Below are positions 25,101-35,819 of a stretch of DNA of 64,000 nt, piece by piece. A model generated the notes under the pieces. It saw only the letters and a list, made by a program, of their open reading frames with translations. It had not been told where the DNA came from and searched no databases. Position 1 is the first letter of the stretch. Each line of letters opens with the position of its first letter. The DNA comes from Stegostoma tigrinum. Taxonomy: Eukaryota. The stretch covers positions 2,594,689 through 2,658,688 of the forward strand of contig NC_081369.1 in assembly GCF_030684315.1 (NCBI RefSeq), in the 5' to 3' direction. The translations under genes and the position numbers were made by a program.

Positions 25101-28100
25101 TAAACATAAATATATATCTGTAGGTTTTCGTCACCAGTTAGCTTTAATTAATGCATTTGTAGTGTAATCGAACAGTTGTAATTCAGATATGTAAAGTACT
25201 TTTACACAATATATTATATGTATTGAAATATGTTAGTAATCATTTTGACCAGAATTTAAAGAGCCAGTTACTTTGGCTGTGGAAGCATTCTGTGTCCCGG
25301 GATGGTCCTGTAATAGAGATTAGTAGGAACTGCAGATCTTGAAGAATTGGAGATAACAAGATGTAGAGCTGGATGAACACAACAGGCCAAGAAGCATCAG
25401 AAGAGCATGAAGGCTGACGTTTCAGGCCCAGACCCTTCTTCAGAAATGCTGAAGAAGAGCCTAGGCCTGAAATGTCAGTTGTCCTGCTCCACTGATGCTG
25501 CTTGGCCTGTTGTGTTCATCCAGCTCCATATCTTGTTATCTCATGATCCTGGAATAATTGGCTCCGTGTGTTAGTGGCCAGTTGTCTGTGGAGAGACCAC
25601 TTAGTTTTGGGAAAGGGATAAGGAGCACAATCCCAAGGGATAATTCTGTGCCATTAAGAACTGTCTGGGGGAAATAGGTTTCCCAATGTAAACCAAGGGC
25701 ATTATCCACATGGGGTGCATCCTGCTGAGTGGCCTCCTGTATGATGCCCCGGGAGGTGCGAGGTTTAAAGGAGGTGAATGGGACATTGACGCTGTGCTGG
25801 TGAGGGCGGCTCAGACCGCTCAGGAAAGAACAGATAAAGCCGAGTAAGAAGCAGATGAGTGCAGCCTGCAACAGAAACAAAAAGTACTGGAAATCACTGC
25901 GGGTCAGGCAGCATCCACAGAGAGAGAGCAAGCTAATGTTTCGGGTCGAGACGACCCTTCATCAGAGCTGGTGAAGCCTGGAGGGGGCAGGATTAATACA
26001 ATGGTGGGCATTTCGGGGAGTGGGGGTATAGTGCTAGGGATAAACGGTGTTGACAGTGCAGTTTAAGTGATCCGAATGTGAGAAGGGAAGGACGTTGGTG
26101 TGTCCAACTGCAGGCCTGGTAAGAACAGACAATCAAACTGTATAAGCTGCAACAAAAACAAAGTTGCTGGAAAAGCTCAGCAGGTCTGGCAGCCTCTGTG
26201 AAGGAGAAAACACAGTTAACATTTCGGCCCATTGTTGATAGGGCCCTCAGTCAGGTCCGACCCATCTCCCGCACTGCTGCCCTCACCCCTTCTCTTCCCT
26301 CCCGCAGCAGCAATAGGCTTCCCCTGTTCTCACCTGCTATGCCACCGACATCCACATCCAGAAGATCATCAGACACCATTTCCACCACCTCCAGCAAGAT
26401 GCCACCATCAGACCCATATTCACCTCCCCTCCCTTGCCCACCTTCCACAGGGACCATTCTCTCTGGGACACCCTGGTCCACACTTCCTTCAGTTCCAACA
26501 CCTCCACACAGCCATATGGTACCTTCTCCAGTAACTGGCGAAAGTGCAATGCCTGCGTATTTACCTCCTCCCTCCTCAGTATCCAAGGGCGAAAACTTCC
26601 CTTCCAGGTGAAGCAACACTTCACCTGCACTTCCTAAAATCTAGTCTACTGCATTCGCTGCTCACAATGTGGTCTCCTCTACATTGGGGAAACAAAGCAT
26701 AGACTTGGCGACCGCTTTGAAAAACATCTATGCTCTGCTCACAAAAAAGATCCTGAACAACCTGTTGCCTGCCACTTCAATGCACCATCTTGCTCCCTGG
26801 CCAACATTTCTGTCTCCTGCTTGTGACAGCATTCCAGTGAAGCCCCAGACAAGCTGGAGGAACAACACCTCATTTTCCACTTGAAGTCTCTACAGCCCTC
26901 CAGACTCAGTATTGAGTTCAATAATTTTAGGGCCCAAACTCTCCCACATCCCAGCCCGTCACCCCACACACCAGACCTTGTTACCACATAGCCTGCCATT
27001 ACACACCCCTTGTTGATAGTCACGAACAGTCCCCATTAACGACTATTCACCCTCCCAGCCTGATCATTAGCAACTCCTTTGTCTGACCAACTGTTTCTCT
27101 CTCTCTTTGTCCTCTATCTTATCGTTTATTCCCTATCCCACCACCTCCCTATTTTCTGCACATAAACTGGCATTTTCCCAGCCACCATCAGTTCAGCGGA
27201 AGGGTCACTGGACACGAAACGTTAACTCTATTTTCCTACTCCACAGAAGCTGCCAGACCTGCTGAGCTTCTCTGGCAACTTTGTTTTTGTTAACGTTTCG
27301 GGTCCAGTGACCCTTCCTCAGATCTGCCCCTTAGAACCGGGGTTGAAAACCCATCAACCCCTCCCATGGTCTGAGACCCCAATTCCGTCTTAGATGCTCC
27401 TTCTCAGAAAAACATGAGAATATCTCAGAGTTCCTTCTGTACCCTACATGAGAGGAACTGGAGCAGACGTGGACAGTGAGTAATCGCCTCGACTGGGAAG
27501 GTGATCGGGACACTGAGATGTGACCACTAGTGGGAATTAATGCAGGGTCCCAGGGGCAAAACATCTCTGACAGAATTCATTGGAGAAATGGAAATAAACA
27601 GCACATTGTGCTCTTGCTTGATACCTTCCAGAAACATGGGAACTAAAGTGACAATGAATAGATTTGAGAGAACAGATCCACTGGCACTTTGGGCACTGGT
27701 GAGATTGGCAAAGGGGAATGCACCACTGTGGATGTTATCTATGTTAATATGCAGTGTAAACGAAAATATTGTTGGGATGGATGTTGTTGTGGGCATCAAA
27801 ATATGAACCCCAATTGGAAAGTCTTGTTTTTGTGAATGAAGGATGAATGCAGTAGTTGGGAAAGCTAACTGGGACCCCAGTACATTCCATTCTTTCATGA
27901 ATAATTAATAGGAAGCAGCATTGAGGGCACAAGGAGATCACAGACACTAGTGAAGGGTCAGCGTCAGCAGGGGTGTATGACCTGTTGTCTTCCTTTATAA
28001 CGTCCTTGTGTGGTCAGTCCAGAAATCGGGTGATAACTGGAGAATGATGGTCATTGACTGATAGTTAAGCCAACACACCCCAGCATTGGCCATTGGTTCT

Positions 28101-31100
28101 CCCAGAGATTTTAGCATTGCCAGAGCAACTGTCGTTGGGAACTGATGAATGGTTTGCAGGAATCTATCTCCCTAATACTTTCATTTCCTTGATGGTAATT
28201 CACAGAATCAATTTGCTTTCACTCGGTATGTGGGTTACGCAGGGTGACGAGCACATTCCAACTCTATGCCATGGTTTAATTGCTAGGAAATGGAGATGTT
28301 CCCTCTCTCTAGTGATATAAAATCCCTTTCTATAGATGATATACTGCCACATGGCCCTTCAGAGGAAGCAATAACTGAAGACACGACTACTTTGACTCTG
28401 TACCTACGGAATGAAGGCTGCGAAATTAATCCTAAAGAAAACCAGCGACCAAGCCGGTGTGTTATTTTGCTGAGAATACAATGGGCCGGGGGGAGCGTGT
28501 GACAAAGTGCGCAATAAAATCATTGAGTTGCGGTCCTGGACGGCGAAAGAAATGATCCAAAGTTTTAGAGCGAAGTGCAGTTATTGCAAAGGCATGTCCC
28601 TCACTTAATCTAATTACACCTCACCACTGAACTGATTTCTTACTCTGACTTTGAGGCACAGATCCTGAGAGAGATGTTGTCTGGCAGTGGCTCATATGCG
28701 GGGTGATTAGCTGCTGTGTCAAAATGCAACAGAGATAAAGGGCCACAAACCATCTTGGGGATTATTACGGTGAGCCAAGAATTCAGCTACATTAAATTCT
28801 ATACAGTTTCTCCATCTTCAGTACTTGTATGACACCTGCACCCCAAAGTGAATATTGTTTTAACTGCAACAGTGGAAATAACTAATGGAAATTAATAACC
28901 TTCCCGTTGCCACTTGGAATACGCACGATAAACTTTACAGAGGTGAGGCAGGAGAATGTACTCATCACTATTCTACGTAGAGCAGAGGCAGGAAAAGTTG
29001 TGTGAACTTCCGTGGATATTGATTCGAAACAAAATGGAACGGCTAAAGTTGGGCAAGTAACTAAGAAAACTATTAAACTACTTGCTGCATGGGCCAAACC
29101 ATTAGCCCACAGAGATTTAGCAAATTGGTTTTTGAGCGACAAAGTGAGGAAGTTTGCGAAAAGCACCATTTCGGAAATGTATTACACCCAGATAAATCTT
29201 AGTGCTGAAGCTAACTGAATACATTGTAACCTGCTTGAGCTGTATATTTTAGCACAATTATGTCAAATCAACCAACGCATTGCTATCCAGAAACCTGTTG
29301 TCGAGGAGAAAAATATTTCACCTTGCTTTTACCAACTTAACATTTATGCCTGATTTGTTAAATGGTCATTACACTGTCACAGTATGTCATGATATCATTT
29401 TTTAAAAACAAGAACACGGCAGCAAATATGGTATCTGTCTATCACCCTCCCTCTTCTGTCTTGCATATTCCATGGACAACTGTGTTTTATAGGAAATGGC
29501 TGGACAACAACAAGCAGACCCACTGGGAACAATGACCAGTAGGCCTGGGGTGCCCCTTGTATTTTCGCTACCTTTGAAAGATGATACAATCGTCTCAGAA
29601 TTTGGCCTGAACCACAAATTTGTTTCCAGCACTCATATTGTCTACCTCAATGACAAGAAAGAGGAACAATCTGCCAATCTACTTTGGGACAAAATACATA
29701 TTATGTGTGAAGAAATGAGACATAAGCACTATATAATCAAAGAATGAAAGGCGATAACTGAGTATCGAGACGGGTATCTCCCCATGTGATTTTTAAGAAA
29801 TTGCAAGCTCTCCTTGCAAATCGTCAAGATTTCCCACTTGATAAGAGTACACTGGGGCTTCTTAGATCAAGAAACTGCCATGACTTACAGCCATGATCAA
29901 TTGATTTGCAAAGCAGACGATTTAGGAACCATTACCATGCATCATTAGTGGGTCATATTTAATGGGTTGTCGCCAAAAGCTTCTGCAGTGCTCACTGTTA
30001 GAGTATCCAATTGTTTATTTTATTTTTAATTGGTCATTTCTTGTTTTTTATGTACCTGTGCAATGGTCTGAAAACTATATTGTAAGTACAACCAAACTGT
30101 AGCTACTGAGCAGCATGTACATACTTGTATACAGTTTTCATAATCTAGTTTGAAGACATCAATGGATATTGCATAGAGTGGTCTTAAAAATGATATCGCC
30201 AAACCAGACCATTCAGGGCTAATCATTCAGGGTTAACTGAGCATGAAAATCAGCAATTGAGGGTAATTGGAAAATGACAGGTTTTGTGCAAAATCAGCCT
30301 TCTTTGGCTGGGAGGTAACTGCATGACCTTGGCTGGGTGGGAAACAGAATAATGTGCAGTTAAAAAGGAGCCATCCAGAGTTTTTTTTTCCCAGCTTGTT
30401 TTCTGTACAGTGGAATACCAGGAAAGTTTTGTCATTGCTATGAAATGGTGCTATAGCATGGAACAGTAGATTCAGAGCAGTATTAACATCGGGGACTTTG
30501 CCCCGGTCATTAGACTTTCACTGTTGGGCTGGAGTTCATGAGACAAGCACCGTGGAATCTGAGATAGAGTCCCATGTGCTGTCATCGCCAAGGTCCCCGC
30601 CGAGTCCGAAAGGCAGTATGAGAATCATATGTTTAACATATATCTGAACATATGAACATCTGAACATCTTAACATATATGGAAAGACTTGATTGCCCTGG
30701 GGATGGTGAAGAAGAGATGAATTTTTACAGGGAAAGACAACAGGTTTTGAGCGAAATTGAGGATTGATTTTTCACCAAGACGGTGTTGAGCAAAAGGAAT
30801 GCAATGCCTGGGAGGGGAGTGCAGTCGGAAAGCTTTCAGAAATGTACATGGACAAGCACTTCAACTGTCATTCCATTCAAGCCTAAGCGTAAAGTGCTGG
30901 TAAGTGTGATTCGTGTAAATAGGTGGGCTGCGCCCAATGGGCCAAAGGGCTTTTTTCTGTCCTGTGTAACCTGATGATTTTCCTCTCATAGACGGTAAGG
31001 GCTGCAGATGCTGAAGCAACAATCAATAAATGTGGAGGTGGAAAAATACAGCTGGTCTGACAGCACGCGAGGAGCAGGATAGTCGTCGTTTCCGGCCGAA

Positions 31101-33434
31101 ACCTTTCGAGCGTTTGCCGCTCCACATTTGTTGATATTCCTCCCTGTTCCCGTTGCCCCTTTATAACATTTCCAGTTTATTTGTTTTTTTTAAATTTAAC
31201 ACTGAACTTATATTCGGAAATGAATTGCAACATTTTGCATTTAATCAAAATTATCGGACCGCTCCATAACGAATATCCATTATTGGCTGTCTCCAATGTG
31301 ACAATATACTGCACATGTTCGGAATAAGATGAAGAAAATCAAACTTTAACCACAAAATGCCAAATTTATGGATTGACATAATTAAGGGCAGTTGACCGTA
31401 GTATTCACTTAGTGCTTTGTGAACATTTTCAAACAATATCTGAAAGATCAATGTACATCGTGTCATACAATCTTACCTTCTTTTGTAACAGTGTAGCTGG
31501 CATTTACTGGAAATGTGCTCGAAACGTGATAGACTTGACACATGTAGACTGTGTCACTTTCGGGTGTATTTCGCACGTCCAAGGAGCTGACAACTTCATA
31601 AAGTCCGTCACCTTTTGCCTGTTTAATATTTCTAAATCCAGTGAAGATTTGTGTACCGTTTCTGTGCCAAGTAAGGTTATAGTCTTCTGGATAAAACCGA
31701 GATGTCCTGCATTGCAGCTTGAAAGAAGCGGATGGAGTGTCTTCAGAACGTATTGACACAAGTTTGAGAGGAGCTGGTGAAGCTGCATTGTAAATAGCAA
31801 CATTTAAATGAATGTGGACATTACACTTCTACTCCAAAACTTAAACTGTTTATTGAACTAACCAACTCCCACTTCTGGGAATGGCAGCTGCATTGATCGT
31901 CAATATTTACACTGGTCGGGGTTGCTATTACGACTATCATGTAGCGACCTTCTAATGCAATTGATACATCACCTTTATGTTCAGCAAAGTTGGATACGAC
32001 GTTGTGTCTATATGAACACAAACATGTTTGAGTTTTTAAACTCTACACTCCTCGCAATCAGATGCTTGACAACTGGACCACAGAAAATGAGGGGAACAGG
32101 AATTTGGCTTTTCAAAGTTGAAAACAAAATGACATTTAAAGTGCTTAATATTGCTGATAAGCTCCAGACAATTCATTCTGTTACTCCATGCTTAAATCGT
32201 AAAAAAAAATGTTCACCTGGAAGTCTTAGATGAGATTAGATTTTCTACAGTGTGGAAGCAGGCCCTTCGGCCCAACAAGTCCACACTCTCCCTTGCAGCA
32301 TCCCAACCAGACCCATCCCCTATATGCAACATACCCCTGATCACCACAGGCAATTTAGCATGGCCAATCCAGCAGCCTGCACATCTTCGGACTGTGGGAG
32401 GAAACCGAAGTACCCGGAGGAAACCCACCAGACACGAGGAGAATGTGCAAACTCCACGCAGACAATCGCCCGAGGCTGGAATCGAACGCGCGTCCCTGCT
32501 CTTGTGAGGCTGCACTGAGCCACCGTGCTGCCCCAAATCGCTTGCAATACAAGACAAATCCCAATACGATTTGCTGATAGAGTGGAATTGCTGAAATGTG
32601 CAGTGTCGCTAATGATCGTTTGCTTTTCTTTCCATATTATTGAACATGATGTTGCAAAGAAGTGAATGATTTATGTTCACTTATATTTAAGAAAATGTAA
32701 CTGCTAACTCACGTTCACTGTCTATTGGAACTAAGACCAAACGTTTTCTGGGGTAACACGAACCGTACACAACGAGTTGTGCAGCGGATATGTCAACAAC
32801 TGTTCTGCGCTGATTTTTGGCTATACAGTGATATAGTCCAGCATCCAGGACAGTCACATTGAAGAGATAAAGGTAGCCTCTGCGTTCCTTGACTTTGAAG
32901 ACTTTTTTGCTGTCTTTCTTCAGTAACATCTTATCACCGTCACGCCACCAGGAAACCGTTGCGCTTGAAAGGTTGCGTTTGAAGGAGAAATCGCATCGCA
33001 GAACAGCTGTTGTATTTTTTCGGGTCTTCGTTGGCACGATATGCAGCAGGGCACTGTCCAAAGTGCACACAGCAACTGTTAACAAAAGAAATATACCCTG
33101 ACAAAATAGTGAAGCTGGACTGCACTGTGAAATAACATAATTAATCCAATACACTCAAAAAGGGGCGATTTAGCATGTCTTGCTCTTTAAATTCTGCCCC
33201 ACTGTCTGATTTTCTGTCCGAACTGTACTGCTTTCACTGATCAAGAGGATTCGGGAGGACAAGCAAAACTGATGTAAAAGACATACGAGAAAAGTCTCCG
33301 GTTATCCGTCAAATATCAGTTCAGTCATTCTTCTGTCTTGATAAAGAACATTTCAAACACTGCCAGAAGAAACATGTACCTGGATATGAAATATACAACA
33401 AACATAAGTTCCACAATGATCCACTCGCAAACAT
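18974..33434 (-). CDS. Gene 2 (cassette A + shared tail): complete SIRP-alpha-like inhibitory receptor, 362 aa, L-V-C1-TM with four tyrosine motifs
   Basis: Exons 33434-33380, 33075-32764, 31782-31477, 23331-23218, 22786-22743, 19352-19224 and 19102-18974 join into an open 1089-nt frame with canonical GT/AG. An alternative in-frame upstream ATG lies at 33461. Confidence 0.88.
19224..19352 (-). CDS. Gene 2 ITIM/ITSM exon (LMYAHL, TVYAEL)
   Basis: ctttccag|agc...tat|gtatga, 129 nt, phase 0-0. Encodes SKQERAEDRLMYAHLELVHSKDAKNPKPQDERTVYAELSFRSY. Confidence 0.9.
20905..22625 (-). mobile_element. Decayed Penelope-like element in a gene 2 intron
   Basis: DVQSLYASIP, YIYDSIG, PTDSHSYLDY and SNLVYCTWC remnants, with frameshifts. 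Confidence 0.85.
22743..22786 (-). CDS. Gene 2 juxtamembrane cytoplasmic exon
   Basis: caccag|gt...gag|gtaagc, 44 nt. Encodes GSKEEVRNPIQHKDE. Confidence 0.87.
23218..23331 (-). CDS. Gene 2 transmembrane exon
   Basis: taatag|at...aaag|gtacga, 114 nt. Encodes DFASKSIVAVVAGYAIGALAILLCTVMIVKCFLFIRTK. Confidence 0.9.
23915..24345 (+). mobile_element. CR1-type LINE 3' fragment
   Basis: Similar to 2610-3050. Confidence 0.65.
25316..25542. mobile_element. Hairpin mini-element made of two inverted PLE termini (copy at about 39601-39827)
   Basis: Arms of about 95 nt around 25446. Degenerate 14-nt TSD atggtcctgtaata / atgatcctggaata. Confidence 0.8.
26150..27325 (+). mobile_element. Penelope-like element 3' part (family B) with inverted tips; copy at 40435-41610
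   Basis: NLVYCIRCSQCGLLYIGETKHRLGDRF remnant and terminal hammerhead-like motifs. Confidence 0.82.
31477..31782 (-). CDS. Cassette A C1-set exon
   Basis: aatgcag|ct...gaag|gtaaga, 306 nt. Encodes LQCRTSRFYPEDYNLTWHRNG...YMCQVYH. Confidence 0.93.
32230..32536 (-). mobile_element. HE1-like SINE in the V-C1 intron of cassette A (copy at 46521-46828)
   Basis: Head ggggcagcacggtggctcagtg..gttcgattcc on the minus strand, (atct)-type tail. Absent from the equivalent intron of cassette C. Confidence 0.8.
32764..33075 (-). CDS. Cassette A V-set exon
   Basis: ttgttaacag|tt...tacg|gttcgt, 312 nt. Encodes AVLRC..VSWWRD..LYLFNVTVLDAGLYHC..AAQLVVY. Confidence 0.92.
33380..33434 (-). CDS. Cassette A leader (signal peptide) exon
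   Basis: MFASGSLWNLCLLYISYP followed by a phase-1 donor ccag|gtacat. Conserved in cassettes B and C. Confidence 0.75.
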
Positions 33435-33539
33435 AGCGACTAAGAAAATCTGGCAGATCATACATTGGATGTAAAAAAGAGAACTGATGAAAGTTTGTTG
33501 GAAAATCAGTTATGCATCGATTTTAGTCACTTGCGTCAA

Positions 33540-33640
33540 CATGACGTCAAGAAGCACGTGACTAATTCCTTGCCGAGTGTGCAATATGCATGGGTTTGCA
33601 TATCAGATCTTGTTGTGGTAACAGTGAGCGGAAGTGATAA
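33540..33640 (-). promoter_or_regulatory. Putative cassette A promoter: RUNX (TGTGGT 33614) + ETS (GCGGAAGT 33628) block, E-box CACGTG 33555, CRE TGACGTCA 33542
   Basis: Lies 100-200 nt upstream of the leader ATG. The 29-nt block 33605-33633 is identical in all three cassettes. Confidence 0.5.
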
Positions 33641-33889
33641 CACGGACAGACAACTGCAGTTATAGCAAAATGTAGGGCGAGATGGTGAAGCTCCCGCTAT
33701 TGTCCGTATCCACTCACATGACCCACCAGGTTTGGGTACAATGTCAGTCGGACCAATACAAAACTCCATTCCTTAAGTTTTTACCAGTGAACACATGACG
33801 ATAATATCCTTTCCTTAAGAACATTTTTCTCAGAATTTCAGCCGCAGGGTACAACTGAGGCCGTTTCAAAGGAAACACATGTTTCGGTT

Positions 33890-34165
33890 GCATGGTGGCT
33901 CAGTGGTTGTCACCGCTGCCTCCCAGTTCCAGGGATCCGTGTTCGAGATGGTGACTGTGTCGGGTTTGCACATTCTTCCCGTGTCTGAGTGGGTTTTTTT
34001 TTTACCGTTTCCTCCACAGTCCAAAGATGTGCAGGATCGGTTGATTGACCATTGTCCGCAGTGTCCAGGGATATGCAGGCAAAGGTGGGTCAGCCGCGGG
34101 AATGCGGTGTGGCGGTGTGGTGGGATAACAGGGATAGGGTGGGATGGTCTTCAGAGAGTCGATGC
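33890..34165 (+). mobile_element. HE1-like SINE upstream of cassette A; equivalent-position copies at about 48181-48455 and 59045-59320
   Basis: Head catggtggctcagtggttg at the same position in all three cassette flanks. Confidence 0.7.
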
Positions 34166-35819
34166 ACTGCACTCTGGAGATTCTCTGATTCAAAGGCGTT
34201 TGCAATTTAATTAGAGTTTGAAAGATACCAGGTGTCAGTAAGTAACTGATGTAAATCATTCATTCAACTGAATGAGTATTTGCCCTGGCTCTTCTACCAA
34301 TGACTGAATTGTGTAAAAACGCAATATGCTTATTTCTTGCAGTGGAGGTACCGGCGATTGATTCAGGTGGACAAAGTCAGAAGTCGCAAGACAGGTGTAT
34401 TTGGAAGGCTTTCAGAGCACTGCACTTCACCCGACGAAGCAGCAGCGACTCGAAAGCTTGTGATTTCAAATAAACCTGTTGGACTTTGGCCTGGTGTCGT
34501 CTGACTTCTGACTTACTTCTTGCAGGTTGCTGTTTGTCTCATTAAATGAAATTGCTGGCACGCTGCTTGGTGACTGATGTGGATTTGCATAATTTTGGTG
34601 ATGTTTCGAGCAGCCATGGGACAAAGTTTCCACAAAGTTTTGGATCAGTTATTAGTTCAGACTGTTCCTGCCCTTTAGTTATGAAAGCACATTTGGACGT
34701 AAATTGAGATGAGTTCAATTAAGATGTCCATTGCAAATACATAATTGTGAACAACCTTTTGTTTATTCACTGTTTTGAGGAATCCCTGACAAGTTATCTC
34801 AAAGGCAGTGTTTCCTTCTTGAAACTTTAAGACAATGAAAGTCTTGTCTGCCAATTTCACTGCTTTATCCTGGTGCCATCCTTCGCAGTTCTATGGGAGC
34901 TGTAGCCATTCAGGAGAGTAGAGAGATTTCAGCAAAGTCCTGAATTCTACTGTTCAGAGAAAACTAATGCATTTCCGAGCAACGATCTGGATCAACACAG
35001 AGCTATCCCTTGCCCTGTTTCTAAAACACTCCAGTATTCCCTCATCAGTTGCTCACTCCGTTTATCTGCGTCACATTAACAACAACGGATTAAGAAGGCA
35101 GCCCGAGACGGCTTGCTCAGGGGCATTTCGGTGTTTCCAATAAATACTGGCCTTGCCAACAACGTCCACATTCTGTTAAAGCATAACAATAACAGTTGTG
35201 TTGTCAGTTTCATTTCAAGAGCTAATTCTATTTTGATATCTGGAAAGAACATAAAAGTCCTAAGAGGGCATTAAAAAATAATAAGATTCAGGGGCTATTA
35301 ATGCATTGGTTTGCTCATAACATTGTTACATAAAATATCCACTTTTCTGCTTATGCATGAGAGTAGAAGCTGCAAAGTTAATTGGGTGGAATGAGTTCGT
35401 GCTCTAATTTTAGGCTAGGAATCAGACAAAGAGCTGCGGATACCGGGGATCTGAAACAAATACAGACATTGCGATGGAAACGTAATAGTTTTGAGATGAT
35501 GCACTGGTGCTTGAATCAGATACTTTGTGTTTGTCGAGCAAAGAGCGCCAGCTATCGTGATGTTTATCGTTACGCAACAAAAATAACAGAAAGCTAAAAC
35601 TGATCAAACCAGACAGTGTAAATTAAAAGTGCTTGGAATTTCTGTAAAAGAAGTATGAAACCTGCAGTCGAGGGAAGTTGTATTCCGTGACCTGAGGTGA
35701 ACTCTAGAATGTTTCCACTTATTTGTCGGCTCGGCTGAGTGGAACCTATTCCACAATAAACCGACATGTTGCCGGCTCATAGCCTGCTCTCTGAGTCAGG
35801 AGAACGAACATGTCCGTTC

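Larger units (their letters stand above)
24830..30710 (+). mobile_element. Decayed class III (ERV-L/spuma-related) endogenous retrovirus with LTR-like direct repeats; partial second copy at 39330-45000
   Basis: pol remnants WSVQKSGDNWRMMV and SIDDIL..LRNEGCEINPKE.QRPS..IQWAG. Diverged direct repeats 24943-25110 and 30467-30640. Confidence 0.7.

Noticed and set aside
33076-33154. Signal peptide encoded contiguously with V (GIFLLLTVAVC)
   Set aside because: Probably the translated polypyrimidine tract. A conserved phase-1 leader exon exists upstream and matches the ttaacag acceptor. A phase-0 alternative acceptor cannot be fully excluded.
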